Positions 9,822 through 16,694 of a stretch of DNA of 33,471 nt are shown here, piece after piece. The DNA is from Nitrospirota bacterium (GTDB taxonomy: Bacteria; Nitrospirota; Thermodesulfovibrionia; JACRGW01). The number at the start of each line of letters is the position of its first letter. The first letter of the stretch is position 1. The translations under genes and the position numbers were made by a program. The notes below the pieces were generated by a model, which searched no databases, was not told where the DNA came from, and worked only from the letters and a program-made list of their open reading frames with translations. The DNA lies in contig JACRGW010000158.1 in NCBI GenBank assembly GCA_016212195.1, positions 1-33,471 on the forward strand. Reading direction: 5' to 3'.

Positions 9822-9879
9822 AAATAAGTGGATTGACTGTCCTTGCCATATATGAATGAAAAAATAAGTGATTGAATGT
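9822..9879 (+). repeat. Near-identical 18/19-nt direct repeats with 40-bp period in the divergent RDD/dtd promoter region
   Basis: AAATAAGTGGATTGACTGT at 9822..9840 and AAATAAGTG-ATTGAATGT at 9862..9879. They differ by one indel and one mismatch. Confidence 0.5.
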
Positions 9880-9968
9880 ACAATCAATAGACTTTCATCA
9901 AAGGTTAAGATATAATTTTCGAAACAGTAATAGAGAATAAGATTTAACTTTCAGGAGGGTATTTAAAT

Positions 9969-10409
9969 TTGAGAGTGGTGCTACAGAGGGTGAGGGAGGC
10001 ATCGGTAGAAATAGATAAAGAGGAGTTAGGGAGAATTGGGTATGGACTGGTTGTCCTTCTCGGAGTTGCTAAGGGAGACAGCTTCAGTGATATAGAGTAC
10101 CTTGCAGAAAAGATATGCAATCTAAGAATATTTGAGGATGAGGAGGGGAAACTTAATCTTTCCCTTCTGGATAAGAAAGGGGATTTACTTGTAATTTCTG
10201 AGTTCACCCTTCTTGGGAATACCAGAAAGGGGAGAAGGCCTGGTTTTGATGATGCAGCCCATCCAGATGAAGCAAGGAAACTCTATGAAAGTTTTGTAAC
10301 TGTCTTAAGAGATAAGGGCATTAAGGTAAAGACAGGGGAGTTCGGGTCTAAGATGTTAGTGAAGATATACAATGATGGGCCAGTTACATTTATAATTGAT
10401 AGTGGATAG
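9969..10409 (+). CDS. dtd: D-aminoacyl-tRNA (D-Tyr-tRNA) deacylase
   Basis: MRVVLQRV...SVEI, SQFTL-type motif (ISEFTLLGNTRKGRRPGF), C-terminal NDGPVTFIIDS. The start is TTG, with AGGAGGGT 9 nt upstream. Confidence 0.93.
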   Translation: MRVVLQRVREASVEIDKEELGRIGYGLVVLLGVAKGDSFSDIEYLAEKICNLRIFEDEEGKLNLSLLDKKGDLLVISEFTLLGNTRKGRRPGFDDAAHPDEARKLYESFVTVLRDKGIKVKTGEFGSKMLVKIYNDGPVTFIIDSG

Positions 10410-10424
10410 AAAAATGTTTTTCAA

Positions 10425-10453
10425 TTGATATTCCAGAGGTTATATGATAAATT
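10425..10453 (+). promoter_or_regulatory. Candidate sigma70-type promoter TTGATA-17 nt-TAAATT directly in front of cheA
   Basis: The -35 is at 10425..10430 and the -10 at 10448..10453. The cheA ATG at 10460 follows after 6 nt with no Shine-Dalgarno sequence. Confidence 0.3.
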
Positions 10454-10459
10454 CGGTAT

Positions 10460-12487
10460 ATGCCAGATACAGGTGGTGAGAGATCAAAGAAGGAGTTTTT
10501 AGGTGAGGCCGAAGATCTCCTGACAGAAATCAACAATAATGTTGAAGAATTAGAAGAAACCTACCAGGAGAGATTTAATCCTGATACCCTGAATGCCATC
10601 TTTAGGGGAGTCCATTCCCTAAAAGGGCTATCAGGGATATTTAGCCTCAATAGAATGTCCGAGTTGAGTCACCGCCTTGAATCCCTTCTTGATACTCTCC
10701 GTCTCGGTAAGATTGAACTTAACCGTGATGTCCTCAATCTTATTATAGAAGGATTAGGTATATTGAGGAAACTTCTTGGAGATGCAGAAAAGGGAGAAGA
10801 GGTTACTGATATTGAAGGCATACTTTCTGATATTGATCTCTTTATTAGAGATAGGACAAAAAGTTCTGAGATTTCTATCATAGATACCCTTGATATCGAC
10901 CAGGCAATCCTTAAAGTCCTCACCGAATATGAAGAGTACCGCCTGAAGACCAATATTAAAGAAAGCAGAAATATCTTTCTTCTGAAGGCAAGTTTTGGCC
11001 TGCAGAGTTTCGATACAGATCTGGAGGGTCTAAATAACAAAGTGAAGACCGTAGGAGAGGTTATTACAACCTTGCCTTCATCAGGGGTATCTCCTCAGGA
11101 AGGAATCCAGTTTACCCTTCTGATAGGTAGCAGTGAAGACCTTGAAGGGATAAGCGAGAGAGTAGGGAAGGGAAAGGTTGTTATTGAAGAGGTTGGCAGG
11201 AAGAAAGGGGTAGGAAATGTTGAAGGCATACAAACTTCGGAGAGATCAGACGAACCAAGGGTCAGACCTCCTTCTACCTCAGATACATCATTAAAAAGTA
11301 TGAGCAAGACAGTAAGGGTAGATATTGAGAGGTTAGATAGGCTTATGAATACAGTAGGTGAACTTGTTCTGACTAGGGCCGCCGTTGGCAGAATAAGTAA
11401 GGAACTAAAGCAGCTTCAGGGATATAGCATTCTTTCTATGGACCTTCAAAGGGTGTCACAGTCATTAGGTAAGAGACTCACCGCATTACAGAATGAGATT
11501 ATGGAGGTGAGGATGATACCTGTAGGGCAGATCTTCTCAAGACTTTCTCAGGTTGTGAGACGTTACAGCAAGGATATAGAAAAAGAGGTAGATATGGAAT
11601 TTTATGGCGAAGAGACAGAACTGGATAAATTCTTGGCAGAGGAGACAGCCGATCCGCTGATGCATATTATAAGAAATGCTATCGATCATGGTATCGAAAC
11701 CCCTGATATCAGGAGAAGATCAGGCAAAAAAGAGAGTGGTACTGTACGGCTCAGCGCCTTTCCAAGAGGTAATCATGTTGCCATAACTATCGAAGACGAC
11801 GGAGCAGGCATTGACACGGACACAGTCATTAAAAAGGCGATTGAGAGAGGTCTCGTCGAGAGGGATGCCGTATTGAATAAAAGAGAGATACTGGAACTTC
11901 TCTTTCTCCCTGGTTTTACTACTAAAAGAGACGTGACAGAAATGTCAGGCCGTGGTGTGGGATTGGATGTGGTGAAGACAAGGGTCTCTGATCTTAGTGG
12001 TTTCATTGATATTGATACAGAGTTTGGAAAGGGGACTACCTTCACAATTACAATTCCTATTACCTTAGCGATCATTAAAGCACTTATTGTAAAGGTTTCG
12101 AAGGAGATATTTGCGATCCCTATTAACTCGGTATCTGAAAACCTGATGATTCCTTTCCAGAAGGTGCAGAGGATAGAGAAGAAGGAGGTCTTGGAACTGA
12201 GGGGAGAGATGCTACCTCTTATGAGACTGGATAAGACATTCAATCTGCCTCCTGGTGAGGATACAGAGAATATTAATATTGTAGTAGTAGGTTTTGGAGA
12301 GAGAAGGATCGGCTTAGTGGTGAGTGATTTTATAGGACAGCAGGAGATTGTAATAAAATCTCTTGGAGAAAGCCTCAAGGGTGTCCCTGGGATTTCAGGG
12401 GCAACAGAAATGGGAAAGTATAAGGTTATACTCGTTTTAGATGTAGAGGCCCTTATTGACGAGGCAATGACGAGGAGAAGGGCATAA
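10460..12487 (+). CDS. cheA: Chemotaxis histidine kinase CheA
   Basis: Hpt domain with the phospho-His context FRGVHSLKGLSG, dimerisation segment VRVDIERLDRLMNTVGELV, HATPase boxes (HIIRNAIDHGIE, DDGAGID, GRGVGLDVV) and a C-terminal CheW-like domain. Confidence 0.93.
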   Translation: MPDTGGERSKKEFLGEAEDLLTEINNNVEELEETYQERFNPDTLNAIFRGVHSLKGLSGIFSLNRMSELSHRLESLLDTLRLGKIELNRDVLNLIIEGLGILRKLLGDAEKGEEVTDIEGILSDIDLFIRDRTKSSEISIIDTLDIDQAILKVLTEYEEYRLKTNIKESRNIFLLKASFGLQSFDTDLEGLNNKVKTVGEVITTLPSSGVSPQEGIQFTLLIGSSEDLEGISERVGKGKVVIEEVGRKKGVGNVEGIQTSERSDEPRVRPPSTSDTSLKSMSKTVRVDIERLDRLMNTVGELVLTRAAVGRISKELKQLQGYSILSMDLQRVSQSLGKRLTALQNEIMEVRMIPVGQIFSRLSQVVRRYSKDIEKEVDMEFYGEETELDKFLAEETADPLMHIIRNAIDHGIETPDIRRRSGKKESGTVRLSAFPRGNHVAITIEDDGAGIDTDTVIKKAIERGLVERDAVLNKREILELLFLPGFTTKRDVTEMSGRGVGLDVVKTRVSDLSGFIDIDTEFGKGTTFTITIPITLAIIKALIVKVSKEIFAIPINSVSENLMIPFQKVQRIEKKEVLELRGEMLPLMRLDKTFNLPPGEDTENINIVVVGFGERRIGLVVSDFIGQQEIVIKSLGESLKGVPGISGATEMGKYKVILVLDVEALIDEAMTRRRA

Positions 12488-12535
12488 AAATCAAAGTGCA
12501 AAATTATCATTTAGCATTGAAGATTTTAAATTTAA

Positions 12536-12562
12536 AATGCTAATTGCTAAATTTACAATGAA
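12536..12562 (+). repeat. Short dispersed intergenic repeat, copy B (AATGCTAATTGCTAAATTTACAATGAA), with an inverted partial copy at 12507..12518
   Basis: See copy A. TCATTTAGCATT at 12507..12518 is the reverse complement of AATGCTAAATGA. It can form an 8-bp stem with 12536..12543 across a 17-nt AT-rich loop. Confidence 0.45.
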
Positions 12563-12581
12563 AGATTAAACGGACTTTACG

Positions 12582-13394
12582 ATGTACGAAGAATATTATG
12601 GATTTAAGATGAAGCCATTCAGTAAGACCCCTGATCCGAGATTTCTCTATATGAGTAAAGGTCATGCCGAGGCACTTGCCAGGTTACAGTATGGAGTTGA
12701 GGAGAAAGAGTTTATTCTGCTCACCGGAGAGATTGGCTCGGGGAAAACCACACTTTCGAGGGCACTCATAGACTCCCTTAATAGTTCCCATAAGATTGTC
12801 TTGATTATTAATCCCCGTCTGAGCCCGGTTAACCTGTTAAAGACCCTTGCAAACGGATTTGGCATAGATCGCCCTTCGAGATCCAGAAATAATATCCTGG
12901 AAGTTATCTATAACTCTCTCTATAATCTTTATACCGAGGGGAATGTACCTGTTATTATCATCGATGAGGCACAGCTGATACCAAGTAAAGATACCTTTGA
13001 AGAGATCAGGCTGCTCACAAATTTCCAGCTCGATGATACAAACCTTCTCTCAATAGTCCTTATAGGACAACCGGATTTAAGGAAAAGACTTGGGGGGAAG
13101 TCGTATCAATCTCTGAGACAGAGGATAGGTCTGCTCTATCACCTTGAAGGACTTACTGAAGAAGAGGTTTGTGCCTATATAAATCATAGAATATCTGTAG
13201 CAGGAAGGGAGGAAAGGACCTTCACGGAAAGTGCCATCAGATCTGTCCACAGGCATTCAGGAGGGATCCCGAGGAAGATTAATAACCTCTGTACATATGC
13301 CCTCCTCGAAGGTTTCGGAAGAGGTGTGAGCCTGATAGAGGAAGATATAATAGAGGATGTCGCAGGGGAGTTAGGCTTTGCTCTAAAAGGATGA
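12582..13394 (+). CDS. ExeA/MshM-type AAA+ (AAA_22-like) ATPase consisting of the ATPase module only
   Basis: The N-terminal YGFKMKPFSKTPDPRFLY is typical of ExeA. Walker A is GEIGSGKT and Walker B is VIIIDEAQ, followed by LIGQP. At 270 aa there is no room for the C-terminal peptidoglycan-binding part of ExeA. Confidence 0.85.
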   Translation: MYEEYYGFKMKPFSKTPDPRFLYMSKGHAEALARLQYGVEEKEFILLTGEIGSGKTTLSRALIDSLNSSHKIVLIINPRLSPVNLLKTLANGFGIDRPSRSRNNILEVIYNSLYNLYTEGNVPVIIIDEAQLIPSKDTFEEIRLLTNFQLDDTNLLSIVLIGQPDLRKRLGGKSYQSLRQRIGLLYHLEGLTEEEVCAYINHRISVAGREERTFTESAIRSVHRHSGGIPRKINNLCTYALLEGFGRGVSLIEEDIIEDVAGELGFALKG

Positions 13395-13406
13395 GTATTT
13401 CTTTTT

Positions 13407-13435
13407 TGTCACCATGAACGTAGCGAAGGGCTCAG
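13407..13435 (+). repeat. Possible solo relative of the 24647 repeat family (TGTCACCATGAAC...AGGGCTCAG)
   Basis: It shares the 13-mer pattern TGTCAYSMTGAAC with 24647 (+, TGTCACCCTGAAC) and 24706 (-, TGTCATGCTGAAC). It is not itself a hairpin. Confidence 0.3.
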
Positions 13436-13459
13436 AGTAACAAAAAGTGAGGAATAGAA

Positions 13460-14143
13460 ATGGATTTAGTGAATATTAGGAAAAAGGCACAGCAGGAGAA
13501 GGCGAAAGAAGAAAAACCCCAGGACTCAACCCAGAAACAGGTTCAGGGAAAGACTGAGGATGCTGAGGCAAATCTTCAAGTCGAAGGGGAGATAACAGAA
13601 GAGGCAATATCAATTGAAAAGGATGAAACAGGGATGCCTTTACAATCAGGCGGGGTTGAGTTATCCCAAGAGATAAGGGAAGAGATTCAGGAGATTCCTT
13701 CTTTACCATACAGCGAAGAAGAGTCAGTAGTTGAGGTAATATCCTTTAGGCTTGGGGATGAAATTTACGGTGTGAAGATAGATTATGTAAGGGAAATACT
13801 CAAACCTCTCGAGATAACATCTGTTCCGAGAACACCTTCTTATCTAAAGGGTGTAACATCCTTAAGAGGGGAGATTATCCCTGTCTTTGATCTCAAGGAA
13901 AGATTGGGTCTGGAAGGAATTCAGCAGGATAAAAAGAGAAGAATTCTTATACTCTCAATAAGGAACGAGACTATAGGTGCTGTGATTGATGAGGTTCTTG
14001 GAGTTATTAAGCTCCTTAAGGAGTCTATAGATTCTACTCCTACTATTATCACAGGTATAGAGGCAGATTTTCTCGAAGGGATAAGCCTGGTAGATGATAG
14101 ATTCATTGGCCTCCTTAATGTTGAAGAGGTCATGAAAATATAG
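13460..14143 (+). CDS. cheW: CheW-like coupling protein with an ~85-aa acidic, low-complexity N-terminal extension
   Basis: The CheW domain starts around VISFRLGDEIYGVKIDYVREI...LRGEIIPVFDLKERLG. The preceding part is rich in K, E and Q. Confidence 0.85.
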   Translation: MDLVNIRKKAQQEKAKEEKPQDSTQKQVQGKTEDAEANLQVEGEITEEAISIEKDETGMPLQSGGVELSQEIREEIQEIPSLPYSEEESVVEVISFRLGDEIYGVKIDYVREILKPLEITSVPRTPSYLKGVTSLRGEIIPVFDLKERLGLEGIQQDKKRRILILSIRNETIGAVIDEVLGVIKLLKESIDSTPTIITGIEADFLEGISLVDDRFIGLLNVEEVMKI

Positions 14144-14167
14144 TCGAAAAACTATTTGAGGAAGAAT

Positions 14168-16642
14168 ATGAGTCTACCTAATATCTTTAAGGGAAGATTA
14201 AGAATAAAAATCCTCAGTCTGGCGGTCGCAATCCTGGGCCTCGAGATGGTATTCCTTGTTATCCTGACATTAGAATTAAAGAGGGATATAATCCAGCTTT
14301 TCCTTTTGGCATCAACTGTAGCGATCTTCTTTACGATAATCCTTCAGGTTCTTTTGAGAAGGATGGTCATTGAGCCCATTGAAAGACTGGTGGATTCTAT
14401 GAAGAAGGTCTCTGAGGGAAATCTCACCCCGATTTCTGGGATTACATCAAGGGATGAAATAGGTGATCTAACTAATACAATAAATGAATCCATATTCCAT
14501 ATGGGGAGCATGATTGGTGGAATAAATGATGTATCAAAAGAAGTAGAGAGGGTGGGTTCTCAGGTATCCGATGATTCTAAGAGGTTAATCGAATTTGCCC
14601 AGATACAGCTTGGTTCTATTGAAACAATTACTGGATCAATTGAAGAATTAAATGCAGCAATCAAGGGGATCGCCTCCTCTATAGATGAGTTGTCTATCTC
14701 GGCTGTACAGACCTCATCTTCTATACTCGAAATGATGTCATCAGTGGATGAAGTGGCAAATTCAACTGTTACACTATCCACCTCTGTAGAGGGAACAGCG
14801 TCTTCTATAGATGAGATGAACGCCTCAGTAAAGGAAGTGGCTCAAAGTGCAGAGGTCCTTTCTAAGGCGTCAGAAGAGACATCTTCTGCTGTTGAGGAGA
14901 TCAACGCTACTATAAAAGAGGTAGAAATCGCTTATAGGGAGAGTGCGAGGCTCGCTGATAAGGTTAAGGAAGATGCCTCACAGCTCGGAATGGTCTCTAT
15001 AGAAAAGACAATAGAGGGAATGAAAGGGATAAAAGAGAAGGTGGAGAGGACCGCGGAATTGATAAACAGGCTCGGCAGCAGAAGCGAAGAGATAGGGAAG
15101 GTCATTAATGTTATAGATGAGGTTACTGACCAGACATCCCTCCTTGCCCTTAATGCTGCTATCCTGGCTGCCCAGGCAAAGGAACATGGCAAGGGTTTCT
15201 CAGTGGTAGCGGAGGAGATTAAGGATTTGGCTGAAAAGACAGCGGCTTCTACAAAAGAGATAGGAGACCTCATCGCCTCTGTTCAGGGAGAGGCTAAAGG
15301 TGCGGTAGAGGCGATGGGAGAGGGGCTCAGTAAGGTGGAAGAAGGGGTCAGGCTTAGCAAGGAGGCAGGAGATGCCTTAAAACAGATACTGGAAAGTGCG
15401 AAGATTTCTTCTGAGATGGCATCTTCGATAGAGAGGGCGACTATAGAACAGGTCAAGGGTATAAAACAGGTCGTTGGGGCAATGGACAGGATAAGGGATA
15501 TGATAGTTCATATTTCTAACGCTATTTCCGAACAGACAAAAGGGGTTGGACAGATAGTCCTTGCGGCTGAGAAGATGAGGGATATTACAGAGAAGGTTAG
15601 ATCTGCCACTTCTGAGCAATCTAAGGCAAGTAAGCAGATAACCCAGGCAGTTGAGATTGTTACTGAAAAGATTCAGGACATGTCACATTCTATACAGGAG
15701 CAGAAGATTGGAAGTAATTTGATAATGAATTCTATAGAGGGGGCAAGGGATATACCAAAGAGGAATGTAGATATCGCCTTCGAGATAAACCAGAGGATAC
15801 TTACCCTGATAAAGGCTACAGACCTTCTTAAGGCAGAAACGGGGAGATTTAAGATAAGCGAGGTTTATATCCGAGAAAAGGGTTTAAGGATGGGTGTTAT
15901 ACCCTTAGAGTCCCCGGCAGAGATGTTCAGGAAATTTACCCCCTTGACTGAATATCTATCGATAGCCCTTGGTATGAAGGTAAGTCTTAAACTTGCCCTC
16001 GATTTTGAAGGGACTATAGAAGATTTAGGCAAAGGTGTTACCCAGATCTGTTATATGACACCCACAACCTATATAGAGGCAAGCCAGAGATACGGGGTTA
16101 GGCCCATTGTTAAAGAAGTCCTCGATGGAAAACCTTTCACCAATTCTGTAATAGTAGCAAAGGAAGGGAGCAAAGTTAATACGGTTGAAGATATAAGGGG
16201 TAGGACCTTTGCCTTTGGCGATCCAAAATCGACAACAAGCCATATCATCCCAAGAAATATGCTCCTGGAGGTTGGAATAGATCTTAAAGACCTTAGGTCT
16301 TATAGATACCTGGGACATCATGATAATGTTGCCCAGGCTGTTCTAAAAGGGGAGTTTGATGTTGGCGGAATGCTCGAATCTATCGCCTATAAGTTCATCC
16401 CTCAGGGGCTGAAGATTATCAAGGTATCTACAGATATCCCGGGGTTTAATATATGTGTAGCTAAAGACATTGACCCAACAGTAAAGGAAAAACTTAAAAA
16501 GACCCTTCTCGACATAAACAATCAAAAGGAAGAGACAAAAAAAATCCTTAAAGCTATAAATCCGAGACAGACAGGATTTGTCGAGGCCCATGACGATGAC
16601 TACAGCGGGATAAAAAAGATGATGAGAACTATTAAATTATAA
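14168..16642 (+). CDS. Methyl-accepting chemotaxis protein: TM hairpin, HAMP, very long signalling domain, and a C-terminal PhnD-like (type 2 periplasmic-binding-protein fold) domain
   Basis: Two adjacent TM helices with almost no loop, then HAMP (PIERLVDSMKKVSEGNL...DEIGDLTNTIN). The conserved hairpin tip is LLALNAAILAAQAKEHGKGFSVVAEEIKDLAEKT. The C-terminal ~250 aa resemble PhnD (GVIPLESPAEMFRKFTPLTEYLS..., FAFGDPKSTTSHIIP, GHHDNVAQAVLKGEFDVGG). The track starts at TTG 14156. I prefer ATG 14168, which lies behind GAGGAAG. Confidence 0.9.
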   Translation: MSLPNIFKGRLRIKILSLAVAILGLEMVFLVILTLELKRDIIQLFLLASTVAIFFTIILQVLLRRMVIEPIERLVDSMKKVSEGNLTPISGITSRDEIGDLTNTINESIFHMGSMIGGINDVSKEVERVGSQVSDDSKRLIEFAQIQLGSIETITGSIEELNAAIKGIASSIDELSISAVQTSSSILEMMSSVDEVANSTVTLSTSVEGTASSIDEMNASVKEVAQSAEVLSKASEETSSAVEEINATIKEVEIAYRESARLADKVKEDASQLGMVSIEKTIEGMKGIKEKVERTAELINRLGSRSEEIGKVINVIDEVTDQTSLLALNAAILAAQAKEHGKGFSVVAEEIKDLAEKTAASTKEIGDLIASVQGEAKGAVEAMGEGLSKVEEGVRLSKEAGDALKQILESAKISSEMASSIERATIEQVKGIKQVVGAMDRIRDMIVHISNAISEQTKGVGQIVLAAEKMRDITEKVRSATSEQSKASKQITQAVEIVTEKIQDMSHSIQEQKIGSNLIMNSIEGARDIPKRNVDIAFEINQRILTLIKATDLLKAETGRFKISEVYIREKGLRMGVIPLESPAEMFRKFTPLTEYLSIALGMKVSLKLALDFEGTIEDLGKGVTQICYMTPTTYIEASQRYGVRPIVKEVLDGKPFTNSVIVAKEGSKVNTVEDIRGRTFAFGDPKSTTSHIIPRNMLLEVGIDLKDLRSYRYLGHHDNVAQAVLKGEFDVGGMLESIAYKFIPQGLKIIKVSTDIPGFNICVAKDIDPTVKEKLKKTLLDINNQKEETKKILKAINPRQTGFVEAHDDDYSGIKKMMRTIKL

Positions 16643-16664
16643 CAGGATTGAAAGGAGGAAGAAT

Positions 16665-16694
16665 ATGAATCTAAGAAATATGAATCTAAGAAAT
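16665..16694 (+). repeat. Perfect 15-bp tandem duplication that includes the MCP start codon
   Basis: ATGAATCTAAGAAAT occurs twice in a row, giving MNLRN-MNLRN. Confidence 0.8.

Noticed and set aside
11773-12510. A 245-aa minus-strand ORF antisense to the 3' half of cheA
   Set aside because: The translation is rich in Ser, Ile, Pro and Thr with no domain pattern. It is the mirror image of Glu/Asp/Gly/Ile-rich CheA codons. The plus-strand CheA HATPase and CheW-like domains account for the region.
12507-12554. The hairpin after cheA as a rho-independent terminator
   Set aside because: The stem is only 8 bp and AT-rich, the loop is 17 nt, and the T-tract is interrupted. It is better described as paired copies of the AATGCTAA repeat. 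It may attenuate transcription but cannot be called a terminator from sequence alone.
14560-15273. Reiterated Ser-rich segments in the MCP genes as evidence of recent internal duplication or recombination
   Set aside because: The reiteration is the normal heptad and methylation-helix pattern of long MCP coiled coils. The nucleotide sequences of the segments are not repeated.
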